Assembly (NCBI GenBank): GCA_902788755.1
Contig: CADALB010000011.1
Span: 3,059 to 67,058, forward strand
DNA: 64,000 nucleotides
From: an uncultured Lachnospiraceae bacterium
GTDB lineage: Bacteria; Bacillota; Clostridia; Lachnospirales; Lachnospiraceae
Reading direction: 5' to 3'
Made by a program: the position numbers and the translations under genes. Below are positions 8,557 through 19,240 of the stretch, piece after piece (the stretch's first letter is position 1; the number at the start of each line of letters is the position of its first letter). The notes under the pieces were generated by a model, which was given only the letters and a program-made list of their open reading frames with translations, had not been told where the DNA came from and did not search any database.

Positions 8557-10446
8557 ATGAAGATAAATACAATAAAGAAAATCATAGGAGTATCCGTACT
8601 TGCGGCAATTATATCCTTTGCGGGATGTTCCGGGGAATCGGGGAACACTCCCGGGCAGGGGGCTGAAAGTGAAGTTAAAGAGACAGATAAAAATTGGGCC
8701 GTGGATACTTCTGAACCAGTAGATGATAAGCTGTCCAAACAGGAGGATTCAACGGAATCAGAGGCCGGTGAAATGCCGGAAGAAGCAGAGGAAGAGCCGG
8801 TTGACGTATATAACAGTGAACTTGAAGATAAACACGTAAGGCTTCGTCTCGAAGGGGATGGAAAGGATGTATTTGCTTTATGGGGAAGCGGAAGACCGGA
8901 TTACAGATACGGAGCATCTCTGATACAGAATGAAGACGGAAGCATTGATGCCTGGTTTGCTTCGCCCGGAGACGGTAAGAAAGAGTATGACTGGCTGACA
9001 TACAGACATTCGGAAGATGGCGGCAAGACCTGGGGCGATGAAAAAGTTGTTCTTGCTCCTACCCCCGGGACTGCAGATCTGCAGTCGGTATGTGATCCGG
9101 ATGTATTCTACTATGAAGGATATTATTATCTCGGATACACGGGAACGGTTAACAAAGACGGTCTGTGCAATAATGTATTCCTTGCAAGATCCCAGAATCC
9201 TGACGGCCCTTATGAAAAGTGGAACGGAAAGGATTGGGGAGGAGATCCTGTTCCTATAGTATATTTCAAGGGAGTTGACATCGCATGGGGAGTCGGGGAG
9301 CCCAGTTTTGTCGTTGTGGATGACAAAATATATGTGTACAGTACTCTTGACTCTTTTTCCGATAAATACGGCTGGGTAAGGGCAACGCAGATACATACTG
9401 CCGATCTTACCGATCCCCGATGGCCGTCAAAGCTGCAATTTGAAGGCATATCGGTTTTCAGAAACGACTGTACGGATGCAAATGATTACACATATGCCGA
9501 TTCTGATTCATGGGACGTTGCATATCTTGAAGACAGTCATAAGTTTATTGCGCTTTCAACAAACAGGCGTTTTAAGGATGACAGCTGTCTGCTCTATTAT
9601 GAATCCGATGACGGAGTAAATTTTGCCAGGGTGTCTGAACTTAATACCGGAGTTATAACAGGATGCCACAATAGTGGATTGATGGCTGATGAAAGCGGCC
9701 ATATCGGTCCGGAAGACCGGTCTCTTATAGCATATGCATATTCCGGTTCGGGACAGGCTAAATGGGGAGTCTGGGCAACAAGATTTGTTCCCGTAACCAT
9801 CGATTATACCGATGAGATGGATAATTCGGAGGATGGTGCGGAAAACCTCAAGCAGAAGATTGAAATTGATGAATCTCTGCTTTCCGACGAGCCGATCATG
9901 CTTGTAACTGACAAGCTTACATATTCTGCAACTTTGGGTGAGCCGGTTAATATCAGCTATTATCTGATGAACAGCCGCAGACAGAAAAGCGGATTGGATG
10001 CAGACAAGGTCAGAATAGAAAAATATGACACAAATATTCTTGAATTGTCCGACAATAACAGACTTGTACCTGTAAGAGAAGGCATAACAACGGTAGGAGT
10101 TGAATACAAGGGACTTCGAAGGGATATCAGGGTAAGAATTTTACCGGATAATTATGATGACTCGCATATCAGAACATTTTATCCTGTATGCACTCGATAT
10201 GATATCAGCGTTAATGAACCGATCATATTAAAGATCAGGCCGATGGCTGTTTTCGATGATTATGAAATTCACGAACTGTCGGGATATGAGATTAACAGTA
10301 ACGATATCACTTTCAGATCATCGGATACATCGGTTTGCACAGTTGAAAAGGACGGTCAGATAAAGCCTCTTCACGAAGGGGCATGTGTTATAACCGTAGA
10401 GGGAGAGGATTGCAGATATACAGTTGATGTGTATGTAAGCAATTGA
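8557..10446 (+). CDS. exported lipoprotein, BNR/Asp-box beta-propeller glycosidase-like, with C-terminal Ig-like repeats
   Basis: ATG 8557 gives the lipobox signal MKINTIKKIIGVSVLAAIISFAGC; the track start TTG 8527 is less likely. Asp-box SEDGGKTW is present. The C-terminal ~190 aa show two Big_2-like repeats (GITTVGVEYKG, GACVITVEGED). Product is tentative. Confidence 0.6.
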   Translation: MKINTIKKIIGVSVLAAIISFAGCSGESGNTPGQGAESEVKETDKNWAVDTSEPVDDKLSKQEDSTESEAGEMPEEAEEEPVDVYNSELEDKHVRLRLEGDGKDVFALWGSGRPDYRYGASLIQNEDGSIDAWFASPGDGKKEYDWLTYRHSEDGGKTWGDEKVVLAPTPGTADLQSVCDPDVFYYEGYYYLGYTGTVNKDGLCNNVFLARSQNPDGPYEKWNGKDWGGDPVPIVYFKGVDIAWGVGEPSFVVVDDKIYVYSTLDSFSDKYGWVRATQIHTADLTDPRWPSKLQFEGISVFRNDCTDANDYTYADSDSWDVAYLEDSHKFIALSTNRRFKDDSCLLYYESDDGVNFARVSELNTGVITGCHNSGLMADESGHIGPEDRSLIAYAYSGSGQAKWGVWATRFVPVTIDYTDEMDNSEDGAENLKQKIEIDESLLSDEPIMLVTDKLTYSATLGEPVNISYYLMNSRRQKSGLDADKVRIEKYDTNILELSDNNRLVPVREGITTVGVEYKGLRRDIRVRILPDNYDDSHIRTFYPVCTRYDISVNEPIILKIRPMAVFDDYEIHELSGYEINSNDITFRSSDTSVCTVEKDGQIKPLHEGACVITVEGEDCRYTVDVYVSN

Positions 10447-10456
10447 TTATGAATTA

Positions 10457-11875
10457 TTATTCGCCACCGGAATCGGAATCATTGCTTGTATCCCCGGATC
10501 CACTTCCGGAGGTCTGCTCTGCTGGCGTCTCTGTAGCCTCGGGCGTCGCTTCGGGTGTCGGGGTCTCCGTAGGAGTCGGAGTAGGGGTCAGCACAGGCGT
10601 TTCGGCTGGCTCGGTCGTAGGAGTGGTTACCGGTTGTGTTGGTTCCGCTGTCACCACAGGAGTAGAAGTCGGCGCCGCTGTTGGCGCGGACGTAGGAGTC
10701 GGAGGCGGCGTAGATGTATGAACGGGCGTAGGAGTCGGTGTTGAAACTGACTCCTGTTTTTTTGTCGGTTCCGGCGTAGGAGTCGGGGTGTGAGTGGGCG
10801 TAGCGGTAGCAGTAGGCGTAGGAGTCGGCGTAGGCGTCTCCTCCATCATCAAATTCATTAATTCCTGAAGCTTTGCTTCGTCAATTCCCGATCCTTCATC
10901 CATTGTGACCTTAGTTCTATTTGGATTGGGTTTGATGTATTTAACTGTGTATTCACCGTCATCGGAAATTCCGGGAACCGGATGTTCAACGATGTAGTCA
11001 AATATGGCCTTACAACCCGAACTGCTGTAATGAAGGCCGTCACCTCCGTTATATTCCGATTTAACCTGTCCGTCGCTTCCGGTAAGTATCTCGGAAATGT
11101 CCAGATAGAATAAATGCTTATCTTTTGCTGTGTTTAACAGAAAATCATTGTATTTGACAATCCATGAGTTCTGTACTGTTTTTTTGTAGGGCCCGTTATC
11201 GTTGACGGGTCCGATGGACATAAGAACTATATTGGAATTGGGAGACAAATCCATTACATTATCGATAAGATCTTCAAACGTGCTTTTATAATGCTCTTCA
11301 CTCGGATCGTTTATTCCGTTTACACCGAGGGCAATATAAATAACAGGTGCCTGATGAGATGCAAGATAAGTTTTAAGTGTATATTCTTTTCCCGCATTAT
11401 TAACAAAAGTATTACTCTTAAATGACGGATGAGAAATACCTATCTGGGCAAGGGCAGCATCGTCATTGATGAGACCGTAATTTACCATTGCGACGGTTCT
11501 TGAGTCGCCGAGAAAAACACAGCGGTTCATATACCCGTCTCTGGTTCCTTCCTTGAGGGTAAGTACGGTTGTTTCAGCAGTACTTTCAACTTTTGTTTCG
11601 GCGGATGCAGTTTCGACTATAGTAGTTTCAACAGACTCCATGGTTCCGGAATCTTCTTCGGAGCCTTCTTCAATTGAAATATCAAGGGTACCGTCGCCCT
11701 CGGAGACATCCTTGGGAGAATTGATTTTGAGTACAATAACAACGGAAGTTGCAATAACAACTCCTGCAATGAAAACGGCGATTATTAATAATTCCTTCTT
11801 GCTGAAGCTCCTTCGAAGTTTTCTTGCAACCCTGCGAAAAAAGCTTCTAAGCGATCTTAGAATATTCATAAACAC
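10457..11875 (-). CDS. membrane-anchored SGNH/GDSL hydrolase with Pro/Thr-rich C-terminal tail
   Basis: N-terminal TM helix, GDS block VFLGDSRT, DxxH block GGDGLHYS, then about 130 aa of TPTPTP low-complexity sequence. Confidence 0.7.
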   Translation of the reverse strand: MFMNILRSLRSFFRRVARKLRRSFSKKELLIIAVFIAGVVIATSVVIVLKINSPKDVSEGDGTLDISIEEGSEEDSGTMESVETTIVETASAETKVESTAETTVLTLKEGTRDGYMNRCVFLGDSRTVAMVNYGLINDDAALAQIGISHPSFKSNTFVNNAGKEYTLKTYLASHQAPVIYIALGVNGINDPSEEHYKSTFEDLIDNVMDLSPNSNIVLMSIGPVNDNGPYKKTVQNSWIVKYNDFLLNTAKDKHLFYLDISEILTGSDGQVKSEYNGGDGLHYSSSGCKAIFDYIVEHPVPGISDDGEYTVKYIKPNPNRTKVTMDEGSGIDEAKLQELMNLMMEETPTPTPTPTATATPTHTPTPTPEPTKKQESVSTPTPTPVHTSTPPPTPTSAPTAAPTSTPVVTAEPTQPVTTPTTEPAETPVLTPTPTPTETPTPEATPEATETPAEQTSGSGSGDTSNDSDSGGE

Positions 11876-11880
11876 CGATA

Positions 11881-13962
11881 TTATAACATATCTTCGTCAT
11901 CTGTGGATTCATTGATACTAATTTCGGTAGTTTTGAACGAAAACAGGCGCATCGCATTTGTAATGACAAATATGCTTGAGATACTCATGGCCGCCGCGCA
12001 GAACGTAGGATTAAGCAGCAGGCCGAAAGCCTTGTAGAAGCATCCTGCGGCAAGAGGAATCCCTACAAGATTATATGCAAAAGCCCAGAAGAGATTCTGA
12101 TGGATTATCCTCAAAGTATCCTTAGACAGCCTGATGGAATCAACAGCAGCAACCAGACTGTCTTTGATAAGAACTACATCGGCTGCATCTATTGCAACAT
12201 CCGTACCGGCACCTATGGCTATACCGGTATCGGCAACGGTAAGTGCGGGTGCGTCGTTAACACCGTCTCCGATCATTGCAACTCTTCCGGTCTCCTTGAG
12301 CTTTTGAACAATTGCGGATTTTTCCTGAGGCATTACCTCGGATATTACATCATCCTCTTCTATTCCGAGCTTTGCACCCACGGATTCGGAAGTGGCAAGT
12401 CTGTCTCCGGTTACCATACAAACGTGTATATCTTCCTGCCTCAGAGCTTCTATTGCTTCCATACTTCCTTCTTTTATCTCGTCTGCAACCGCGATCACAC
12501 CGAGCATTCCGGAATCTGATGCAAACAGAGTCGGTGTTTTACCTTCCGCTACAAGCTGATTGATCTTTGCCGAAAAATCATTGTTAAACTCTGTTGCTTT
12601 TTTGCCTAGCAAAGATTCTGCTATAAATGATTCGCTTCCGGCATAAACGGTATGATTTTCTCCCGAAAGGACAAGGTCGGCTTTGATTCCCTTTCCGGGA
12701 ACAGCTTCAAACCCGGTTGTTTCCATTACAGGTACAAATCTTTTCGTTGCGAATGCGCAGATTGCCTTAGCAACAGGATGTTCGCTCTTGCTCTCAAGAG
12801 CATAGGCTATGGACAGCAGAAGGTCCCGATGCTCGATATCGCTTTCCGTACTTATAATATCCGTAACTTTCGGGTTACCTGTCGTAAGGGTACCGGTCTT
12901 ATCGACAACGACTATCTGTGTTCTTCCCGTTGACTCAAGTGACTGTGCGGTCTTGTACAATATACCGTGACGGCTTCCGACGCTGCTTCCGGACATTATT
13001 GCAACAGGAGCTGCAAGAGACAGAGCAGCAGGGCAACTGACAATGAGGACCGAAATTGCTCTTGAAAGAGAAAAACCTATGCCGAAACCAAGTAACTTCC
13101 AAACAATAAATGTAATAACCGATAATAAGATAACCGCAACAATAAATATGGCGGAAATTCTGTCTGCCCTCTTTGATATGGGAGCTTCGCCGGATGAACT
13201 GTCAGACACCATTTGGACGATCTTGGAAAATGCGGTATCACTCCCTACACAGGTTGCACGGCATGTCAGATATCCGGACAGGTTAATTGTTGAGGCGCTA
13301 ACGACCATGCCGGGTGCTTTGTCGACAGGCATGGATTCGCCGGTAAGAGCCGATTCGTTCACTGCACTTGTTCCCGATTCAATGATGCCGTCAACGGGAA
13401 CACTCATGCCGGGTTTGAGAATGAATGTATCTCCGACTTTGACTTCTTCTATTGAAACTTCACGCTCCTGGCCGCCAACAAGAATAAGAGCGGTCTTTGG
13501 TGACATATCCGAAAGGTCTTTGATCGCGTCAGAGGTTCTTCCTTTTGCGATTTCCTCAAGAAGTTTTCCTATGGCCACAATAGTCAGTATCAAGGCACAG
13601 GACTCGAAATAAAGCTCGGATTCTCCGATGTATTCATCGGCATTTTTATAATATATAATGTTTATGACGGATACTGCGGTACTGTATATAAATGCTGCCA
13701 ACGCTCCGAGAACTACAAGAGAATCCATGTCCGGAGACAGGTGAATGATGGAAGAAATGCCTTTGGTAAAAAGTGCTCTGTTTACGAAGATTACCAGGAG
13801 GGATAAAATCACCCGGATTACAAGAAGAAAAATCTGATTGTTCCTCAATATTTCGGGAAACGGAAGATTAAGCAGCCCGTGCCCTGCGCCAAGATAGAAA
13901 AGTATAAGAGTCAGGACTGCGGATATGATAAGATTCCGTTTTATATTTTTTTGATCAGACAT
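11881..13962 (-). CDS. heavy-metal P1B-type ATPase, Cu(I)-like signature, no N-terminal metal-binding domain
   Basis: TGES, DKTGTLT, SEHPV and GDGVNDAP motifs. TM signatures YNLVGIP and MSISS resemble Cu(I) pumps, but the CPx motif reads SCPAAL. The protein starts directly with TM helices. Confidence 0.9.
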   Translation of the reverse strand: MSDQKNIKRNLIISAVLTLILFYLGAGHGLLNLPFPEILRNNQIFLLVIRVILSLLVIFVNRALFTKGISSIIHLSPDMDSLVVLGALAAFIYSTAVSVINIIYYKNADEYIGESELYFESCALILTIVAIGKLLEEIAKGRTSDAIKDLSDMSPKTALILVGGQEREVSIEEVKVGDTFILKPGMSVPVDGIIESGTSAVNESALTGESMPVDKAPGMVVSASTINLSGYLTCRATCVGSDTAFSKIVQMVSDSSSGEAPISKRADRISAIFIVAVILLSVITFIVWKLLGFGIGFSLSRAISVLIVSCPAALSLAAPVAIMSGSSVGSRHGILYKTAQSLESTGRTQIVVVDKTGTLTTGNPKVTDIISTESDIEHRDLLLSIAYALESKSEHPVAKAICAFATKRFVPVMETTGFEAVPGKGIKADLVLSGENHTVYAGSESFIAESLLGKKATEFNNDFSAKINQLVAEGKTPTLFASDSGMLGVIAVADEIKEGSMEAIEALRQEDIHVCMVTGDRLATSESVGAKLGIEEDDVISEVMPQEKSAIVQKLKETGRVAMIGDGVNDAPALTVADTGIAIGAGTDVAIDAADVVLIKDSLVAAVDSIRLSKDTLRIIHQNLFWAFAYNLVGIPLAAGCFYKAFGLLLNPTFCAAAMSISSIFVITNAMRLFSFKTTEISINESTDDEDML

Positions 13963-14008
13963 GACAGATCCTTTCGGTAATTACACAATATTTTCCAAAC
14001 ACAAGAAT

Positions 14009-14032
14009 TATACTACAAAATATGGTAGTATA
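14009..14032. promoter_or_regulatory. inverted repeat TATACTAC-N8-GTAGTATA in the ATPase/ptsI divergent intergenic region (candidate operator)
   Basis: Perfect 8-bp arms read directly from the sequence. No cognate regulator gene is adjacent. Confidence 0.3.
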
Positions 14033-14074
14033 GGTAGTAGGAAATGGCGTGGCTCTCAAGAAATTGGAGGCTAT

Positions 14075-15697
14075 ATGGTAACTCTTAAGGGAACAAAGGT
14101 CGTATCGGGAATAGTTATAGGCAGATTGTATGTTTACATGCACCCCGATAAACATATATCGAGATCTACGGTGGAAGATAGGTCGGCACAGATCGAACTG
14201 TTCAATGATGCGAAGAAGAAGGCCATTGAACAGCTTGAAGAACTCCACGAATCATCCATTCCTTATCTTGGGGAGCTGAATGCGTCCATCTTTGTAGCGC
14301 AGGAGATGCTTCTGGAGGATAAGCAGTATATTGATTATGTCTACAAGCAGATCAGGGAATCGGGGTACAATGCGGCTTATGCCGTTGTACTTGCATCCGA
14401 TGAATTTTCCAGATTGTTCACATCAATAGAAGATAAATACATGCAAAGCCATGTGGCTGATGTAAGAGATGTTTCGGAAAGGCTGCTTAGAATACTGTGT
14501 GGAGCTGAAGGTGAGATGGTCCAGCCCCTTGAGCCGTGTATTTACGCATCGGATGATTTCAGCGCAGGTGATATAGTAGGTTTTAACAGAGATAATGTCC
14601 TTGGGCTTGTTACCATGTTCGGATCCCCTGTTAGTCACGCTTCCATACTTGCCGGTACAATGGGAATACCTTCGGTAGTCGGAATCGGACAGGAAATGCT
14701 CTCCATATATGATGGAAGATATGCGATCCTTGACGGAGTAAAAGGGGAGCTGATCATAGATCCCGATAAGCGGACTCTTGACAGGATGAAGAGAAGGCAG
14801 AAAGAGTATGAAGAACGTCAGCGTATGCTTCTGCTTCTTAAGGGTAAGAACAATATAACAAAAAGTGGGAAGTATATTAACGTATACGCCAATATAGGAA
14901 GTGCGGAAGGAGTAGAAACGGCTCTATTGTATGATGCAGGGGGTATCGGGCTGTTTCGGAGTGAATTCATATATATTGAATCCCTTACATTCCCGACGGA
15001 AGAGGAGCAGTTCCAAATCTACAGGGAAGTTCTTGAAAAGATGCGGGGAAGGAAGGTCATAATAAGGACTCTTGATCTTGGTACCGATAAGCAGGCCTCG
15101 TATTTCAGACCTGAAAAAGAAAACAATCCTGCCATGGGTTATCGTGCCATAAGGATCAGTCTGTCCCAGCCCGAGCTGTTCAAGACACAGCTTCGTGCCC
15201 TTTACAGAGCATCGGTATACGGAAATCTTGATATACTGTTTCCTCTTATCACTTCACTTGATGAAATCAGGCATACTAAGATGATCATTAAGGAAGTGAC
15301 AGATGAGCTGGATGCGGAAAATATAGAATACAGGCAAGACCTAAGACTTGGGATCATGATTGAGACTCCGGCGGCTGTAATGATAAGTGACAAGCTTGCA
15401 AAGGAAGTTGATTTCTTCAGCATCGGGACAAACGATCTGACACAGTTTACACTTGCCATAGACCGGCAAAATCCCAAGCTTGAGGCTTACTTTAACGAGA
15501 TTCATCCCGCAGTGATGAAGATGATAGAGATGACGGTAAACAACGCTCACAAAGCGGGTATACCGGTGGATATCTGCGGGGAAGCCGCAGCGGATCTGGG
15601 ACAGACGCAGAAATTTATAGATATGGGAATAGATGCTTTGTCCGTCTCGCCGAATATGGTACTGCCCCTTCGGAAAAAGATAAGAGAGTGTGAATGA
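14075..15697 (+). CDS. ptsI: phosphoenolpyruvate-protein phosphotransferase (PTS enzyme I)
   Basis: GGAGG 14066-14070 precedes ATG 14075. The track start 13961 would overlap the divergent ATPase start. Active-site region GSPVSHASILAGTMGIP and C-terminal FFSIGTNDLTQF are present. Confidence 0.9.
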   Translation: MVTLKGTKVVSGIVIGRLYVYMHPDKHISRSTVEDRSAQIELFNDAKKKAIEQLEELHESSIPYLGELNASIFVAQEMLLEDKQYIDYVYKQIRESGYNAAYAVVLASDEFSRLFTSIEDKYMQSHVADVRDVSERLLRILCGAEGEMVQPLEPCIYASDDFSAGDIVGFNRDNVLGLVTMFGSPVSHASILAGTMGIPSVVGIGQEMLSIYDGRYAILDGVKGELIIDPDKRTLDRMKRRQKEYEERQRMLLLLKGKNNITKSGKYINVYANIGSAEGVETALLYDAGGIGLFRSEFIYIESLTFPTEEEQFQIYREVLEKMRGRKVIIRTLDLGTDKQASYFRPEKENNPAMGYRAIRISLSQPELFKTQLRALYRASVYGNLDILFPLITSLDEIRHTKMIIKEVTDELDAENIEYRQDLRLGIMIETPAAVMISDKLAKEVDFFSIGTNDLTQFTLAIDRQNPKLEAYFNEIHPAVMKMIEMTVNNAHKAGIPVDICGEAAADLGQTQKFIDMGIDALSVSPNMVLPLRKKIRECE

Positions 15698-15790
15698 TAT
15701 CTTGAACGCAGGTTGCCTGATGTGATAGTATTTACTGGTTAAATTTGTGAGATTTTATATATTTGGTTTAGATTAAGAACAGGGGATTAT

Positions 15791-17269
15791 ATGAAGATCG
15801 GATTTGACAATGAAAAATACCTGAAAACCCAGTCGGAGCATATCCGTGAGAGGATAGGAGAATTCGGCGATAAACTGTATCTTGAGTTCGGAGGAAAGCT
15901 TTATGATGATTATCATGCATCAAGAGTGCTTCCAGGGTTTGAACCCGACAGTAAGCTCAGGATGCTGATGCAGCTTTCCGATCAGGCTGAAATAGTGATA
16001 GTTATTTCTGCCATGGATATCGACCGTAAAAAGGTAAGAGGAGATATCGGCATTACCTATGACGAGGATGTGCTAAGGCTCAAGCAGCTGTTTGAAGATA
16101 AAGGGCTGTATGTATCCTCGGTTGTGGTTACACATTTTGCGGGACAGGAGACGGCTCTGCAGTTTAAGGAGCGCATGAGAAGGAGAAATATCAATGTCTA
16201 CATGCACTATCTGATCGAAGGCTACCCTTCCAATATTCCGCTTATAGTAAGTGACGACGGATTCGGCAAGAACGATTACGTTATCACTACAAAACCTCTT
16301 GTTGTCGTTACCGCACCGGGTCCCGGAAGCGGAAAAATGGCTACGTGCCTCTCACAGCTCTACCATGAAAACAAGCGCGGGATCAAGGCCGGATACGCTA
16401 AGTTTGAAACATTCCCCATTTGGAACATCCCGTTAAAACACCCTATCAATCTTGCATATGAGGCAGCGACGGCAGATCTTGACGATGTTAATATGATCGA
16501 TCCCTTCCACTTGGAAAGCTATGGTGTGACAACGGTCAACTATAACAGGGATATTGAAATATTCCCGGTTCTTAATGCCATGTTTGAAGAGATATACGGA
16601 AAGAGCCCGTACAAATCTCCTACGGATATGGGTGTTAATATGGTCGGAAACTGTATAGTGGACGACGAGATCTGCTGCGAAGCATCAAAACAGGAGATAA
16701 TCAGAAGATATTATACAACACTTAACAGGGTGGTCGAGGAAAAAGCAAACGAGAGTGAAGTGTTGAAAATCGAACTGCTTATGAATCAGGCAGGAATTAC
16801 AACCGATGACAGAAAGGTTACTGTAGCAGCAAAAGAGAGAGCTGAAAAGCTGGGTGTTCCGACTGCTGCCATAGAGCTCGAAGACGGTACGATAATTACC
16901 AGCAAGACAACGGATCTGCTTGGTGCATCTGCGGCGTTACTGCTTAATGCGCTCAAGTATCTCGGTGGAGTAGATCATGATACTCATCTGATATCTCCGG
17001 AGGCGATCGAACCTATTGCCCGGCTGAAGGTTGAGTTCCTGGGAGGGAAAAATCCCAGACTTCATACGGATGAGGTTCTTATAGCATTGTCGATTGCTTC
17101 GATCTCCGATGAAAATGCAAAGGTTTCAATGGCTCAGATCCCGAAGCTTAAGGGCTTGCAGGCTCATACATCGGTAATGCTCTCTCCTGCGGATATGCGT
17201 ACGTTTAAGCGCCTTGGGGTAGACGTTACAAGTGATCCGGTCAGAACAGTTAAGAAGAAAGATCAGTAG
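15791..17269 (+). CDS. DUF1846 (UPF0371) family protein
   Basis: 492 aa. The MKIGFDNEKYLKTQSEHIRERI start and overall length match my memory of DUF1846 proteins. Confidence 0.75.
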   Translation: MKIGFDNEKYLKTQSEHIRERIGEFGDKLYLEFGGKLYDDYHASRVLPGFEPDSKLRMLMQLSDQAEIVIVISAMDIDRKKVRGDIGITYDEDVLRLKQLFEDKGLYVSSVVVTHFAGQETALQFKERMRRRNINVYMHYLIEGYPSNIPLIVSDDGFGKNDYVITTKPLVVVTAPGPGSGKMATCLSQLYHENKRGIKAGYAKFETFPIWNIPLKHPINLAYEAATADLDDVNMIDPFHLESYGVTTVNYNRDIEIFPVLNAMFEEIYGKSPYKSPTDMGVNMVGNCIVDDEICCEASKQEIIRRYYTTLNRVVEEKANESEVLKIELLMNQAGITTDDRKVTVAAKERAEKLGVPTAAIELEDGTIITSKTTDLLGASAALLLNALKYLGGVDHDTHLISPEAIEPIARLKVEFLGGKNPRLHTDEVLIALSIASISDENAKVSMAQIPKLKGLQAHTSVMLSPADMRTFKRLGVDVTSDPVRTVKKKDQ

Positions 17270-17277
17270 GTGGTAAA

Positions 17278-18195
17278 ATGAACAAACCTGTACTTGTTAT
17301 CATGGCAGCGGGCATGGGCTCACGCTATGGCGGACTTAAACAGATAGATACGGTTGATGATGAAAATGATAAGATAATAGATTTTTCCATATTCGATGCC
17401 AAACGTGCCGGATTTGAGAAGGTCATATTTATTATCAAGAGAGAAAATCATGAGCTGTTCAAAGAGGCTATAGGCGACGCTGTTGCACGCCATATAGAAG
17501 TCGAATATGTATTTCAGGAGCTTTCCGATATTCCCGAGGGTGAAAAGCTGTACGAAAACAGAACCAAGCCATACGGTACGGCACACGCCGTAAGGAGTGT
17601 AAGAAATGTGGTACAAGGTCCTTTTGCCGTAATCAATGCGGATGATTTTTACGGAAGGGAAGCATTTCAAAAGATATACGAATACCTTGTAAGTACGGAA
17701 GGTGAGCCGGGCAATTACTGCATGGTAGGGTTCAAGCTTGGAAATACACTTACCGAAAACGGCTCTGTAAGTCGTGGCATCTGTTCTGTTGACGAGAGCG
17801 GAAACCTTATTGATATTACGGAGAGAACCAAGATAATCTGCACCGAAAACGGAGCTGCCTACACCGAAAATGACAGGGATTATATTCCGATCCCCACCGA
17901 CACTATGACAAGCATGAACATTTGGGGATTTAATAAAGACTTCCTCAAAGAGATCGATGATGCGTTTGTTAAGTTTTATCGTGAAGAGCTTCCGAAGAAT
18001 ATCGAGAAGGCCGAGTGCTATCTGCCGTTTGTTGTTGACGGTATGATCAAGTCGGGCCGGGCTACTGTTAAAGTGCTCTCGTCATCGGATAAGTGGTTTG
18101 GTGTAACCTACAAAGAAGATAAGGAATATGTACGGGAAAAGATCGCGCAGTTAAAATCACAGGGCGTGTATCCCAAATACCTATGGCAGTCCTAA
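17278..18195 (+). CDS. sugar-phosphate nucleotidyltransferase family protein
   Basis: N-terminal MAAGMGSRYGGLKQ nucleotide-binding loop and INADDFYG block; 8 nt downstream of the DUF1846 gene. Confidence 0.7.
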   Translation: MNKPVLVIMAAGMGSRYGGLKQIDTVDDENDKIIDFSIFDAKRAGFEKVIFIIKRENHELFKEAIGDAVARHIEVEYVFQELSDIPEGEKLYENRTKPYGTAHAVRSVRNVVQGPFAVINADDFYGREAFQKIYEYLVSTEGEPGNYCMVGFKLGNTLTENGSVSRGICSVDESGNLIDITERTKIICTENGAAYTENDRDYIPIPTDTMTSMNIWGFNKDFLKEIDDAFVKFYREELPKNIEKAECYLPFVVDGMIKSGRATVKVLSSSDKWFGVTYKEDKEYVREKIAQLKSQGVYPKYLWQS

Positions 18196-19238
18196 TGGAA
18201 TGAAGACTCGTGGTCGTAATCGGCCACGTCTTCTGAAAACTTCAAAAGTGTATCAAATGAGGTATCCTTTGTCACTTCACATTTCCCGTCTCTTATACAC
18301 TCATAGATGTAATGACTGATCTCCTTGGAATAATGGGAGTAGTCCTTGTAGTTGTCAAGATCTGTTATGATATCCCAGTTGTCCTGAAAATAGAATATCC
18401 GTACGTTATCGTAATCGAGGAGTGAGTTAAACACTTCGTTCTGAGCACATATCTCGGCAGTCAGTCTTCCGCGGAGAATGCAGTCATCCCAGTACAGAAT
18501 GCTGTACGGGGGTGCATAAAATATAAAGTTTACGTCGGGGCGCGCTTCTATGTACGGAGTCATACCTGTCAGAAATGCGTCCACATATTCATAATAAGCG
18601 TTGAAGGCTTCTTCATCCCGTTGCTGCATGATCCTGTATGGGAGATAGGTCGCTCTGGCCACATACTTGTCAAAAGTATACCTGTCTGCCCAGTTGTAAG
18701 CAGTGTCAGATGAAAATCCGCTGCTTATGTTATTGATGATAAACTGCGGAAGAAATACAAAGGCAACAGATTTGTTCCACAGGTAATAAATATCGTCGGA
18801 ATAATCGTCGTTTTCCAGATAATCCGGAATGGTTGTCGGATGCTCCTTCGGATTGTGGAGAAGCAGGTAATTGTCAAGGGATATTATCACGGTTTTGGTA
18901 TCGGGCTTGGAGAGTACAACGTTCAGGAGTCTTGAATAATCGTCAAAGTGGGCCCCCTGCATTGAAAGTTTGACCGTATCGTTTCCGATAACCCCATCGC
19001 TAAACCATCCGGCCTCGAAGTTCTCGCTCATGGATGATCCGACTATGGCAGTGTCATAATGCATGTTTTTGGCAACACCGATCTGCTGCCCACGCTCTTC
19101 GGTTTCTGCTGCCGCAAGTCCGAAAAAGGGAGCATGATAATGTACAAAGGGATCGATGATCACGGTAAGTACCGCAATAAGAAAAAGCAGTCCCAGTGAG
19201 TATGCAATTGATTTTACAAAGTATTGTCTGTTAGTCAT
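18192..19238 (-). CDS. membrane-anchored hypothetical protein, probable MBOAT partner (DltD/AlgJ-like role)
   Basis: One N-terminal TM helix. It lies immediately downstream of the MBOAT gene (2-nt spacer). The role is inferred from context only. Confidence 0.5.
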   Translation of the reverse strand: MTNRQYFVKSIAYSLGLLFLIAVLTVIIDPFVHYHAPFFGLAAAETEERGQQIGVAKNMHYDTAIVGSSMSENFEAGWFSDGVIGNDTVKLSMQGAHFDDYSRLLNVVLSKPDTKTVIISLDNYLLLHNPKEHPTTIPDYLENDDYSDDIYYLWNKSVAFVFLPQFIINNISSGFSSDTAYNWADRYTFDKYVARATYLPYRIMQQRDEEAFNAYYEYVDAFLTGMTPYIEARPDVNFIFYAPPYSILYWDDCILRGRLTAEICAQNEVFNSLLDYDNVRIFYFQDNWDIITDLDNYKDYSHYSKEISHYIYECIRDGKCEVTKDTSFDTLLKFSEDVADYDHESSFH

Positions 19239-19240
19239 AA

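Noticed and set aside
13961-14074. Upstream start codons proposed by the ORF track: 13961 ptsI, 8527 lipoprotein, 35474 hprK, 60444 GH3, 41512 GGDEF-like, 2799 XRE, 53439 M23, 48062 aconitase, 23903 kinase
   Set aside because: In each case an internal ATG is preceded by a good GGAGG-type RBS at proper spacing and gives the family-typical N-terminus or signal peptide. The longer version would overlap the neighbouring gene or its promoter.
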